Of a stretch of 64,000 nt of DNA, positions 11,613-21,185 are shown in pieces. The notes under the pieces were generated by a model that was not told where the DNA came from, searched no databases, and was given only the letters and a program-made list of their open reading frames with translations. A program made the translations under genes and the position numbers. Every line of letters begins with the position of its first letter. The stretch's first letter is position 1. Source of the DNA: Minisyncoccota bacterium (lineage in GTDB: Bacteria > Patescibacteriota > Minisyncoccia > Moranbacterales > GCA-2747515); assembly GCA_937936355.1 (NCBI GenBank), contig CALDDM010000019.1:5517-69516 (forward strand), read 5' to 3'.

Positions 11613-12956
11613 TTAATCCTTTTTCTTCATCTTCTTGCGAATAAAAGCTGGAATCTCAAACTGATCCTCTGTCTCCTCCACAAAAGTTGATGGATCTTCC
11701 CTTTTGGCAGAAAGCGGGGCACGTGGTGGCTCTACAGGCTCATCAATGATCATTTTTGCGTCAAGTGAGGTGCGAGAAAAAGGCTTCTCGGGGGTCGTCT
11801 CTGGTCGCGTGAGAAGAGGATCATCATCGTGGTCAATTGATGCCGACTCTGCCTTAAGTGGTTCAACACTCTTTTTCTTATCAGGTGTCGCAGTGATTTC
11901 AGGCTCTTTTACTACAGTATCAAAATTAAGAGACTTCTTGCCCTTGTCGTTTGCATCCTTACTTGCACGTGACAAAATATCCTCTGCAGTCATGCCCTGC
12001 CCCTCGTCAAATCCTGTTGCAACAACAGTAATATGGATCTCCCCCTTACTGATCTCATCATCAGTTACAGCGCCAAAAATCACGCGAGCATCCGGATCTA
12101 TCGATTCAGTAATCACACTTGCAGCCTCATTGATCTCGAGCATTGAAATGTCATTACCGCCAGTAACATTAAACAAGACTCCATGCGCTCCGTCGATTGA
12201 TAGATCGAGGAGTGGGCTATTAACAGCAGCTTTTGCCGCTTCTTTGGCACGATCTTCACCAGATGCAATACCAATACCCATGAGCGCACTACCACTGTTA
12301 GACATAATTGCTCGTACATCAGCAAAGTCAACGTTGACGATACCTGGCTTGGTAATCAAATCCGAGATCCCTTGCACACCTTGACGCAACACATCATCAA
12401 CAATCTTAAAAGCATTGAGAAGGCTCGTCTTTCGGTCGATAATTGAAAGCAGTCGATCATTTGGAATGGTAATAATAGTATCAACGCGATCTTTCAAAGC
12501 CTCGAGCCCATCTTCTGCAATATTCCTGCGCTGTGATCCCTCAAAAGCAAATGGTCGCGTGACAACACCGACTGCAAGTGCGCCAATCTCACGTGCAACC
12601 TCAGCTACAACGGGTGCAGCTCCTGTGCCAGTGCCACCCCCCATACCAGCGGTGACAAAAACCATATCAGAGCCCTTCAGTACTGCATGAATTTCTTCAC
12701 GACTTTCTTCAGCTGCTTGGCGACCAACTTCAGGATTCATGCCAGCACCGAGACCCTTGGTTATAGTCTTGCCTATATGGACCTTCTCTGCAGCACGTGA
12801 ATGATGCAAAGCTTGTGCATCCGTATTGACGGCAACAAACTCAACACCTTTCATGTTGGCATCTATCATACGAGAAATAGCATTGCCGCCTCCACCACCA
12901 ACACCTACCACCTTGATCCGCGCAAATGTCTCTACATCGGTTTTTACCTCAGCCAT
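11613..12956 (-). CDS. ftsZ: Cell division GTPase FtsZ
   Basis: [13 protein letters not shown], tubulin signature [16 protein letters not shown], a long linker, and the conserved C-terminal peptide [10 protein letters not shown]. Confidence 0.97.
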   Translation of the reverse strand: MAEVKTDVETFARIKVVGVGGGGGNAISRMIDANMKGVEFVAVNTDAQALHHSRAAEKVHIGKTITKGLGAGMNPEVGRQAAEESREEIHAVLKGSDMVFVTAGMGGGTGTGAAPVVAEVAREIGALAVGVVTRPFAFEGSQRRNIAEDGLEALKDRVDTIITIPNDRLLSIIDRKTSLLNAFKIVDDVLRQGVQGISDLITKPGIVNVDFADVRAIMSNSGSALMGIGIASGEDRAKEAAKAAVNSPLLDLSIDGAHGVLFNVTGGNDISMLEINEAASVITESIDPDARVIFGAVTDDEISKGEIHITVVATGFDEGQGMTAEDILSRASKDANDKGKKSLNFDTVVKEPEITATPDKKKSVEPLKAESASIDHDDDPLLTRPETTPEKPFSRTSLDAKMIIDEPVEPPRAPLSAKREDPSTFVEETEDQFEIPAFIRKKMKKKD

Positions 12957-13004
12957 AGGAAATATCTAAAAAATTTGATGACCTGATTTATCTGCTGATA
13001 CATA

Positions 13005-13034
13005 AGTGTATCATGCCTAGGAAATGTATGTCAA
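13005..13034 (-). promoter_or_regulatory. Putative ftsZ promoter (TTGACA - 18 nt - TGaTACACT)
   Basis: On the minus strand, TTGACA lies at 13034-13029 and TACACT at 13010-13005, preceded by TG. It sits inside the unusual 214-nt ftsA-ftsZ spacer. Confidence 0.4.
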
Positions 13035-13170
13035 TTACACACCTACCCCTAGGAATTTCACGCTTTCATACAATGCGAGATACAAATACTATATTCCTTG
13101 TAAGACGTGTGCCGTACGTCGTCAGAACATGTGGTATTCGTAACAAAGCAATGAGCAAAGCGTGGTTTTC

Positions 13171-14421
13171 CTAAGGAAGAAAACGTTTTATCATACTGTG
13201 AGCACTCTCAATCACACCAGTCACACCCTCTCCAACTGCACCCATCATGTTCCCACCAGAGAGATCCTCAACATCACCAAACTCTCTGTGCCACAAAATA
13301 AGTCCAACTGCAGTAGCATGTGAAGGATCATCGACATGATCCATTACTCCCAAAAGTCCGTCCGCATAGCCAATCTGCACAGGCAACTCCAACATGTCTT
13401 TTGCAAGGTCGACAACGAACACAAGATTAGTGCCGCCACCTGTAAGTACTACACCAGCAGGAAGTAACTTATCCTTACCTGATGCAACGATCTCCTCACG
13501 CACAAGCGTAAAGACCTCTTCCAACCGCGCACTCACAATCTCCACGACATGGTCGTGCCGCACAACACCCTCCTCATGGGCATCAAACTCACTTAAGTCA
13601 ATTTCATCAGTCCGCTTAATCTCACCATAAATCGCACTACCATATGCGATCTTTACTTTTTCAGCAGTATCAATCGAAGTCCGCAAACCAATAGCAAGGT
13701 CATGCGTTATAAAATCAGCGCCAACAGGAATGACGGCTGTATGAATAACCTCACCCTCCTCATACACGACAACAGAAGTCGTACTCGCACCCAGATTCAC
13801 CAATACAACACCAAGCTCCTTCTGCTTCTTGGTCAAAACGGCTTGCGCTGCCGCAAGTGGCTCAATGACAAAGTCATGGACACGAATATCAGCGCGACTA
13901 AAAGCACTCACCAAATTATCAACTGTGTTCTTTGGGGCACTGATCACCACAGCCTCAACCTCAAGACGTACCCCCCGCATTTCTAGTGGGTCCTTTATGT
14001 TCTTCTGATCATCCAAATGATACATTTGAGGAATGATGTGAATCGGCTCTTTATTTGTAAGTGCAGCAACACTCTGTGCAGAAGCTATAACGCGCTCTAC
14101 ATCATCAGAGGTTACCTCACCATCTGCCTTACCAACAGCAACAACGCCACGGACCTTTTCAATTGCAATCCCAACACCACTCACACTGATCGTCGCATCG
14201 GTAATCCGCTCACCACTCATCTCCTCAGCCTCAGTTGCAGCAGCAGCGATACTATTTGCAGCGTCCGAGATATCAATGACCGCACCACGACGCATACCCT
14301 CAGCTGGTACAATGCCAACACCAACAATATGAACAGCATCATCAGCCTCCGCATGCTTTGCAACAATACATCGTACTTGCGATGAACCAACATCAAAACT
14401 AGTGATAATGTTATTTTTCAT
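13171..14421 (-). CDS. ftsA: Cell division protein FtsA
   Basis: Actin-fold motifs FDVGSSQVRCIVA, LVNLGASTTSVVVYEEG and VLTGGGTNL. Immediately upstream of ftsZ. Confidence 0.95.
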   Translation of the reverse strand: MKNNIITSFDVGSSQVRCIVAKHAEADDAVHIVGVGIVPAEGMRRGAVIDISDAANSIAAAATEAEEMSGERITDATISVSGVGIAIEKVRGVVAVGKADGEVTSDDVERVIASAQSVAALTNKEPIHIIPQMYHLDDQKNIKDPLEMRGVRLEVEAVVISAPKNTVDNLVSAFSRADIRVHDFVIEPLAAAQAVLTKKQKELGVVLVNLGASTTSVVVYEEGEVIHTAVIPVGADFITHDLAIGLRTSIDTAEKVKIAYGSAIYGEIKRTDEIDLSEFDAHEEGVVRHDHVVEIVSARLEEVFTLVREEIVASGKDKLLPAGVVLTGGGTNLVFVVDLAKDMLELPVQIGYADGLLGVMDHVDDPSHATAVGLILWHREFGDVEDLSGGNMMGAVGEGVTGVIESAHSMIKRFLP

Positions 14422-14454
14422 AATACAAAATAAAGGAAAAGACTGATCTGTGTC

Positions 14455-14823
14455 CTAAGAAAACAAACGCTCTACAAGTAAAGGCACATAAACCAACACA
14501 CCCACAACACCAGCAAATAAAACACTCAACAAAACAAACGCTGCACTTAAATCTTTTATAACACGCGCGTACGGGTGCTTATGCGGCTTCATAATATCCA
14601 CCACTCGCTCCAGCGCAGTATTAACAACCTCAGCACTCAGCACGATCATGCACACCAAAAGTACATGAATATAATCAACAACACTACCACCAAGAGCACC
14701 GAGAGCAACAAAAGCTACGATAGCCAGCCACACCTCACTACGAAAATTTTTCTCATGCGTATACGCATAAGCCAAACCCCCAAGAGCAGCGCGAACACTA
14801 TACAGAAGAGTTCTGTTTTTCAT
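14455..14823 (-). CDS. dgkA: Diacylglycerol/undecaprenol kinase (DgkA family)
   Basis: AYTHEKNFRSEVW and SAEVVNTALERVVD motifs with three TM helices. I chose the ATG at 14823; the ORF-track start at 15054 would overlap ybeY. Confidence 0.85.
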   Translation of the reverse strand: MKNRTLLYSVRAALGGLAYAYTHEKNFRSEVWLAIVAFVALGALGGSVVDYIHVLLVCMIVLSAEVVNTALERVVDIMKPHKHPYARVIKDLSAAFVLLSVLFAGVVGVLVYVPLLVERLFS

Positions 14824-14848
14824 AAGCTTAAGTAATGATGATCGTGTC

Positions 14849-15304
14849 TCAGGACAACTTTGCAGCCACTGATTCTTGAATGTCATACATGCGCGAGCAA
14901 TGATCGTACCCGAGAAGATGGAGCGTTCCATGTGACAACACATAACACACTTCATAGCGCGCAGTAATACCTTGTATTGTAGCAGAATCCCGAATAAAAT
15001 CCCAACACAAAAGGATCTCCCCGAGATCAATAACAGAAGGTGCGGCAGGGACATCTACAATGGATTGTTCGCCAGCATAATCCCCGAAAGATATCACATC
15101 TGTTGCTGCATTCTTGTCGCGCAAACGCGCATTAACTTTTTGCATCTCATGCGTTCTCAGCACAGCTACTGACAATAACACTGTGCGGGCATCCAAAATC
15201 TCAGCATAATCACAGGAAGATATTGTCACACGGACAATATCTTCTACTACCGCGAGATCATACGGCATCTCTACAAAATTTGCATACTCAATCTTGAGAT
15301 TCAT
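14849..15304 (-). CDS. ybeY: rRNA maturation endoribonuclease YbeY
   Basis: Zinc motif HGTLHLLGYDH. 151 aa. Confidence 0.9.
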   Translation of the reverse strand: MNLKIEYANFVEMPYDLAVVEDIVRVTISSCDYAEILDARTVLLSVAVLRTHEMQKVNARLRDKNAATDVISFGDYAGEQSIVDVPAAPSVIDLGEILLCWDFIRDSATIQGITARYEVCYVLSHGTLHLLGYDHCSRMYDIQESVAAKLS

Positions 15305-15311
15305 AAGAGCT

Positions 15312-15764
15312 CTAGTCTTTAAGAAGGGCTGTGATCATATCGCGCACACGCCCACCATCCGCACCGTCACCAACAGCTTTCATTGCAGCACCCATCACTT
15401 TACCCATATCACTTGGTTGCGTTGCACCAGCTTCAGTGATCACAGACTCTAGCATACTACGCAAATCCTCATCGCTTAACTGTATTGGGAGATACGCCTC
15501 AAGCACAGCAACCTCTGCACGCTCTGATTCCGCAAGTTCAGAGCGACCAGCTTCATCATACTGCTTTGCGGATTCTGTTCGCTGTTTAATAGCTCGCTTT
15601 ACGAGAGTAATCACACCAGCATCATCCAATCCATTCTCACGACTTCCAGCAGAAATCTCTTCATTCTTGACCATACTATCAAGCATGCGCAATGTATCTC
15701 GCTTCTGCGTCTCCCCTGCTTTCATAGCAGACTTCAAATCTTCCAAAATTTGTTTCTTTAACAT
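15312..15764 (-). CDS. GatB/YqeY domain protein
   Basis: 150 aa. MLKKQILEDLKSAMKAGE..RDTLRML is typical of YqeY. It sits directly downstream of rpsU, as in Firmicutes. Confidence 0.8.
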   Translation of the reverse strand: MLKKQILEDLKSAMKAGETQKRDTLRMLDSMVKNEEISAGSRENGLDDAGVITLVKRAIKQRTESAKQYDEAGRSELAESERAEVAVLEAYLPIQLSDEDLRSMLESVITEAGATQPSDMGKVMGAAMKAVGDGADGGRVRDMITALLKD

Positions 15765-15854
15765 AATATCCTTATATACTGCTTAACCAAATAAAACCCC
15801 CTCAACAAAACACGTACAACCTCGGAAGGCTGTACGCAGTTTTGCAGACAACGC

Positions 15855-16118
15855 TTACCGTTGCTGTCGCATTTTCTTCTTCAGATCCTTCAAAGCATCA
15901 TCATCGAAATGACCGAGCTTTTTCATGCGATCAATCTTTGTACGCATCTGCGACTTATAGATTGCTTCCTCACGTCGCATTGCACGCGTCTTCGCTTTTT
16001 TGTTGAAGCGATTACGGCGCACACCCATAAGCACGCCACTCTGTTGAACACGTCGCGTAAAGCGCTTAATGAGACCATCAGCACTTTCTCGCTCGTTCTT
16101 TTTGTAGACGTAAACCAT
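15855..16118 (-). CDS. rpsU: 30S ribosomal protein S21
   Basis: 87 aa, basic. LIKRFTRRVQQSGVL..RRNRFNKKAKTR fits the S21 pattern. Confidence 0.9.
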   Translation of the reverse strand: MVYVYKKNERESADGLIKRFTRRVQQSGVLMGVRRNRFNKKAKTRAMRREEAIYKSQMRTKIDRMKKLGHFDDDALKDLKKKMRQQR

Positions 16119-16300
16119 AAACTACCGTCCCCTTTCTAATATATTGTAATAATTCTGCACAATATCGTGCAAGCACAGATATTTAGCAGTGCCAAAAGTA
16201 TACACCCGAAGACAAGATAGTGCAAGCAAGTCGATTTTTAATGTTAGATGCAGACATAATCGTAGCAGCGAGAAATCAATCCTATCATGATGAAAGAAAC

Positions 16301-16349
16301 AAAAAACCATCCACAGAACAGACGGTTTTCCGTCTCCATGTAGATGGTT
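16301..16349 (-). terminator. Rho-independent terminator after pyrC
   Basis: Minus strand reads AACCATC..GAGACGG-AAAA-CCGTCT..GATGGTTTTTTG, nested stems followed by a T-run, 18 nt after the pyrC stop. Confidence 0.75.
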
Positions 16350-16366
16350 ATAGAAATATCAGCACT

Positions 16367-17515
16367 TCAGTCAACCAGACACCAACCAACTCGATCTTCA
16401 CCCGCATTAAGCGGTTGTGCAGAATAATTACCAAACTGCAATTGATCGACTACCCTATAATTCATTTTACGCAACCTGATAGTTTTGTCAGGTACCTGAA
16501 AACCGTAAAATCTTGCAGCGTTCACAGAGGCAAATTGGCCGAATAGATGTAGAGCATTATGCTTTTCAAAAAGGTCAAGATAAGACCCTACTCGATACGG
16601 ACCATGGACCCATCCACATGCACAATTCTGAGCATGTTTTGAGGCTATTGGATGGTCTGCTCTCATCGGATGCCATGCATCATCTGATCCGAGCGCAAAC
16701 AAGTGAGGATGAGCAGATAAAGCATCCCACAGTTTTGGCTTCTCTCTCGCATGCTGTGCCATAGGCTTTCCAACCATGTCAGTGCGAACGCCAATATCCA
16801 TAGCATCTGTCCGCGTATACCCCAAGTGAAAGGATGTATACGTACCCTGTGTCGGACCTGTTCGATCAATCACCGCCTGCGCACCTACGCCTGTTGAGAG
16901 GTGCTCGTACGAGATAGGTAGTTCGGGATAAAGACGATCAAGCTCGGGAGCAACTTCTTCGTAGAAATACGGCTCACGGTCCCACTCATCCATCACATCA
17001 CCATCATCATCTGTCCGCACTTGACCATGCACAAGCAAAGGCACTTTATACTTTTGCATCCACTCAAGCTGCTTATGCGCCTCAAGAGGCGTACGCAAGC
17101 CATGTTCAGAGTTTGTTGTGCCGTGTGCGGGATAAGACTTGATACCAGCAATCCGCGAATCCTCAGAAATCATCTTGATGTGATCTTCTGTCAAGTCGGT
17201 ATTTAAGTAGACAGTAACTAGAATATTTATCTCACCACCTGTAGCCTTAGTCGCCCGATCATGATACGCAATTGCCATTTCTGGTGTCATAAGCGCATCT
17301 TTGTCAGCGAGATTTGGCATCAAAAGCACGGTTCCAAACTGGCGAACAGAGTGTGACAAAATATCGGTCATACCATCGCCAAGAAGCTGATTGTTATCTC
17401 GACCATGTGAATGGATATCAACCAAACCATGGGTAAATACAATTTCATCCCCCATCTCAAATTTCTTTCCACCCAATTCAGAAAATCTAATTGAGACTTG
17501 TTGTATAACTGTCAT
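16367..17515 (-). CDS. pyrC: Dihydroorotase (E. coli-type class II)
   Basis: Collinear with E. coli PyrC: DIHSHGRD, LLMPNL, AGIKSYPAHGTTNSEHG (carboxylated-Lys region), PLLVHGQV, LGSDDAWH, ACGW..PYRVGSY. Confidence 0.85.
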   Translation of the reverse strand: MTVIQQVSIRFSELGGKKFEMGDEIVFTHGLVDIHSHGRDNNQLLGDGMTDILSHSVRQFGTVLLMPNLADKDALMTPEMAIAYHDRATKATGGEINILVTVYLNTDLTEDHIKMISEDSRIAGIKSYPAHGTTNSEHGLRTPLEAHKQLEWMQKYKVPLLVHGQVRTDDDGDVMDEWDREPYFYEEVAPELDRLYPELPISYEHLSTGVGAQAVIDRTGPTQGTYTSFHLGYTRTDAMDIGVRTDMVGKPMAQHAREKPKLWDALSAHPHLFALGSDDAWHPMRADHPIASKHAQNCACGWVHGPYRVGSYLDLFEKHNALHLFGQFASVNAARFYGFQVPDKTIRLRKMNYRVVDQLQFGNYSAQPLNAGEDRVGWCLVD

Positions 17516-17566
17516 CTTTGCAACTCCTATGTTTGTTTGTCATTGACATACTTCAGAAAAAAAATA

Positions 17567-18607
17567 CTATTTACCTTCAACAACCTTCGCTGGAAAATTT
17601 GGGCCTTCGTAAACAAAACCCGTATAGGCTTGCACTAAGTCTGCCCCATAATTCTCTCGCACATCCTTCAGATCATCATGCGTACTGATACCACCAGCAT
17701 ATATGAATATACCCTTCCAGCTCTCACGAACCACCTCAGCAAAAGCAAGTGACTTATGCATTAATGGTTTACCACTCAAACCGCCATCCTGATGTCCATG
17801 TTTGAATTCATAAACATCCGTATGATCAGTCGTAGTGTTCGTACCAATAATGCCATCAACACCCTCTTGCTCACAGATCTCTAGAAAATCGACTATACCC
17901 TGCCGACTCATATCAGGGGAAGACTTAAGAAAAAGTAGTGGCATATCAACGCTATGCAAACTACAGCCCATCTGCATACTAGTCCTCCCAGACCTAATCA
18001 CTGATCGCAAATAATCGCCGTGGAGCAAGTCTCGCAAATCAGGTGTGTTTGGAGAAGCGACATTAATCACTACCGCAAACGGCTTAAACCGAATAAGTTC
18101 CTGAATGCATCGATCGTGATCCTCTGTAGCAAGCTCAAGTGGCGTATCCTTGTTCTTCCCAATACTAATCATCACTGGAAAAGGAAATGAGCCGCCATAC
18201 TTAGAGCAAAACTGATCAATATATGCGCTAGCAGCTACCAAGCCCTCACTGTTAAAACCAAGGCGATTAATGAGGGCCTTGCATTTAACCAACCTGAAAA
18301 CGCGTGGGCGAGCATTGCCAGCCTGAGGCTCCGGCACAACCGTTCCAATCTCATGAAACCCAAAACCCAGCAAATACGCAGCTTCGGCAAGATCACCATT
18401 CTTATCAAATCCTGCCGCAAGACCAAGTGGATTGAGAAAATACCGCTCACCTACGTGAGTAGGCATCGTTGGCGCTCCAAAAAACTTCTTTCGCATTTTT
18501 AACAAATAAATAACAAAAAAAATTTTCAAGAACCTCCTAGCAAGGTCATGACAGAACTCTGGATCCAACAAAGACAAGGCTGGAAAAACAAGATATCTAT
18601 AAATCAT
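17567..18607 (-). CDS. pyrD: Dihydroorotate dehydrogenase, class 2 (membrane/quinone type)
   Basis: N-terminal amphipathic extension, NPLGLAAGFDKNG, GTVVPEPQAGNARPRVFRL, and a catalytic Ser in NVASPNTPDLR (class 2 signature). Confidence 0.9.
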   Translation of the reverse strand: MIYRYLVFPALSLLDPEFCHDLARRFLKIFFVIYLLKMRKKFFGAPTMPTHVGERYFLNPLGLAAGFDKNGDLAEAAYLLGFGFHEIGTVVPEPQAGNARPRVFRLVKCKALINRLGFNSEGLVAASAYIDQFCSKYGGSFPFPVMISIGKNKDTPLELATEDHDRCIQELIRFKPFAVVINVASPNTPDLRDLLHGDYLRSVIRSGRTSMQMGCSLHSVDMPLLFLKSSPDMSRQGIVDFLEICEQEGVDGIIGTNTTTDHTDVYEFKHGHQDGGLSGKPLMHKSLAFAEVVRESWKGIFIYAGGISTHDDLKDVRENYGADLVQAYTGFVYEGPNFPAKVVEGK

Positions 18608-18693
18608 TTTTTATCACTCCGATGTATGTATTTGTAAACGAGCTAACCTAGCAAAAGCCTACGGTATAAATCATATCACGTCAAATTATATTC

Positions 18694-18723
18694 AAAACGC
18701 CATCCCCCTTTAGGAGATGGCGT
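18694..18723 (-). terminator. Rho-independent terminator after the 18738-19172 gene
   Basis: Minus strand reads ACGCCATC-tcctaaaggg-GATGGCGTTTTG, an 8-bp stem plus a T-run. Confidence 0.7.
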
Positions 18724-18737
18724 GCGTCGAACAGGAG

Positions 18738-19172
18738 TCACCATTCAATTCTATATTCAGACTCCCCATTATACTGGAGCTCAGTGATAGCCCTTGAGAC
18801 AAGAACTCTAAATTTTCGAGATTCCATCTCTGTCATCACAACAGACTCTCGACTTGCTCTATCGGAATAATACTCAATCGATGCAGGACATTGCGCAATC
18901 AAGGTAAGGGCATCAATGACAAAAACTCCAAATGACACGGATCCTTCGTGCACTTCATACAAGCCATAGATAAATCTCTGATTCTCACCGTTAGCAGCAT
19001 AAGTCGTTGTAATACCAAAGACCTTCCTACTACTATCTTCTTTCTCATGTGGAAAGTCAGCGATGTACGCATAAATCTCAGGACAAAATTCTGCACACTC
19101 AAAAAATCCATCAAAATCGCTACCCTGCAAACAAAAAATTACAGCACCAATATCACGATCTTCTTCAGACAT
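18738..19172 (-). CDS. Hypothetical protein
   Basis: I chose the ATG at 19172 (MSEEDRDIG..), preceded by AAGGGGA. The longer ORF-track start at 19211 overlaps the HIT gene end. No recognisable motif. Confidence 0.5.
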   Translation of the reverse strand: MSEEDRDIGAVIFCLQGSDFDGFFECAEFCPEIYAYIADFPHEKEDSSRKVFGITTTYAANGENQRFIYGLYEVHEGSVSFGVFVIDALTLIAQCPASIEYYSDRASRESVVMTEMESRKFRVLVSRAITELQYNGESEYRIEW

Positions 19173-19203
19173 TTTATTCCCCTTTTTTCTCAAAGAAAAT
19201 TCT

Positions 19204-19560
19204 CTACCCAATATTCATACCAAGTTCCTTACCTCCTGTCAAATGAAGGTGAATATGATCCACCTCTTGACCAGCATCGCGACCTGTACGGATCAACAAC
19301 TGATATCCTGTCTGATCAACACCCTTCTCTTTTGCAATATCACGAGCTACATGAAACATACGTGCAATAATCTCATCTTGCTGCAGACTTACATCATTCA
19401 TCGATGCAATATGCGTGCGCGGGATAATAAGTGTATGCACAGGAGCTTGTGGGTTAATGTCATCAAATGCCACAACATTCTCACCTTCATACAAGAGTGC
19501 CGTAGGTACTTCTCCTGCAATGATCTTACAAAAAATACAACCCTCATTTTCAGTACTCAT
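19204..19560 (-). CDS. HIT-family nucleotide hydrolase (HinT-like)
   Basis: 118 aa. CIFCKIIAGE N-terminus and the histidine triad HIHLHLTGG. Confidence 0.9.
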   Translation of the reverse strand: MSTENEGCIFCKIIAGEVPTALLYEGENVVAFDDINPQAPVHTLIIPRTHIASMNDVSLQQDEIIARMFHVARDIAKEKGVDQTGYQLLIRTGRDAGQEVDHIHLHLTGGKELGMNIG

Positions 19561-19577
19561 AAGCGATTGCCAAAGAA

Positions 19578-21089
19578 TTATTTCTTCTGTGATTTTCTAG
19601 CTTTCTTATCGTCCTTTTTACCATCTCTCTTGTTGACTTTCTTAACGACAACATGCTTTTTCATAGCTGATTTCACAGCATTGATGACACTTTCCTGTGT
19701 CACAGTTTCTTGCGTTCCTGTATGCATATTCTTGACAATCGCTGTGCCATCAAGCGCCTCTTTTTGGCCAATGATCAGGGTAACTTCTACGCCAATTTTC
19801 TGCGCTTGCTCCATCTGTTCCATAAGGTTACCACGCCCAAAACTTTCCGCAACCAGAATACCAGCATTCTCAATCTCAGCAAAAATCTTCAAACTCTTCT
19901 TTTTAGCCAAATCCCCAAGTTGCGCAAGATACACCTTTGGCTGCGGTGGCTTATACGACTTAGTCTTAAGGCGCTTCATCTCAAGAACGAGACGATCGAT
20001 ACCAAAGCCAAATCCGATAGCAGGCGTCGGCTCTCCACCCAGATTCTCGATTAAGTCATCATATCGACCTCCGCCACCAAGCGCATGACGCAAACCTTTT
20101 TCATCAATAGCATAGACCTCAAAAACAGTTCGCGTATAGTAATCCATGCCACGATTCAGTGTAGGGTTAATCATGTATGGAAGGTCAAGCTCATCAAGAT
20201 ATTCCAAAAGGTTTTTAAAGTGATCACGTGACTCCTTATCAAGATGATCAATCGCCTGTGGAGCCCCAACACAAACTTGCATAACCTTTTCATCTTTTGA
20301 GTCAAAAATCCTCATCGGATCTTTTTCGATAATGTCTCGATATTTACTTGGAAGCTTGTTCTTTTTAGAGAGGAAGTAGCTCGTCAAAAGATCTTTATAT
20401 TGCGCACGTGACTCTTGTGTGCCGATTGAGTTAACCTGAAATTGAACATTTTTGATGCCAAGTTTCTGCAAAACGCGGTATGCAATCTGAATCACCTGTG
20501 CATCCAATACAGGATCCTCCTCCCCATAAATATCATAATTTGCTTGGTGAAATTCACGATAACGTCCTTCTGCAGGTCGATCATAGCGATACGAGCGCCC
20601 AGTCGAGAAAAGCTTAATTGGCTGCGTGAACATATTCATCGAATGTTGCAAATACGCACGCGCTATAGAAGGGGTAAAATCAGGACGAAGAAGAACATTT
20701 TCGCGACCACGCGTCTTAAATGCGTAGACCTCACGCTCAATCATCTCAGTAGATTTACCAATAGGCTGTGTGAAGGTGTTTTCATATTCGATGACTGGAA
20801 CATCTATCCTGCCAAAGCCATATTCTTCAGCCTCATACTCAAGGACCTTACGTGCTTGTTGCCAGTATGACTGCTCACCAGGCAAGATATCGCGCATACC
20901 CTTAACACATTGCAACAGGACAGGCTCTATTGCAACAACATCTTTCTTTGAGGAGGTGGAAGTCTTTTTGGTCGCAGCACCTTTCTTTGTCGCCACTTTG
21001 GTCGCAGCTTTACTGGCAGCTTTTTTTATTACGCTTTTCGCCATCTTCTTCGTGCCCTTAGTCGCTGTTTTTTTTGTAGTTGCAGCCAT
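19578..21089 (-). CDS. hisS: Histidine--tRNA ligase with Lys/Ala/Thr-rich N- and C-terminal extensions
   Basis: Class II motifs KGMRDILP, YRYDRPAEGRYREFHQ and GGGGRYD. About 50 aa of N-terminal K/A/T repeats, and a C-terminal KKVNKRDGKKDDKKARKSQKK tail. Confidence 0.93.
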   Translation of the reverse strand: MAATTKKTATKGTKKMAKSVIKKAASKAATKVATKKGAATKKTSTSSKKDVVAIEPVLLQCVKGMRDILPGEQSYWQQARKVLEYEAEEYGFGRIDVPVIEYENTFTQPIGKSTEMIEREVYAFKTRGRENVLLRPDFTPSIARAYLQHSMNMFTQPIKLFSTGRSYRYDRPAEGRYREFHQANYDIYGEEDPVLDAQVIQIAYRVLQKLGIKNVQFQVNSIGTQESRAQYKDLLTSYFLSKKNKLPSKYRDIIEKDPMRIFDSKDEKVMQVCVGAPQAIDHLDKESRDHFKNLLEYLDELDLPYMINPTLNRGMDYYTRTVFEVYAIDEKGLRHALGGGGRYDDLIENLGGEPTPAIGFGFGIDRLVLEMKRLKTKSYKPPQPKVYLAQLGDLAKKKSLKIFAEIENAGILVAESFGRGNLMEQMEQAQKIGVEVTLIIGQKEALDGTAIVKNMHTGTQETVTQESVINAVKSAMKKHVVVKKVNKRDGKKDDKKARKSQKK

Positions 21090-21185
21090 AGCCTCTCATA
21101 AGTTACCAAATTATATGCGCTCTAGGATCATCGTTGAACATTACAATTCATGGAGAAAATTTTCTCATAAAACATCTGTAAAAAT

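Noticed and set aside
11704-15786. Long antisense ORFs opposite ftsZ (226 aa) and the YqeY gene (151 aa)
   Set aside because: These are shadow ORFs of highly conserved genes. They are Ser/Ala/Pro-rich translations of the reverse frame.
19243-20088. 281-aa plus-strand ORF
   Set aside because: It is entirely antisense to the well-supported HIT and hisS genes. Its composition is low-complexity (Cys/Phe/Ser/Leu-rich), typical of a shadow ORF.
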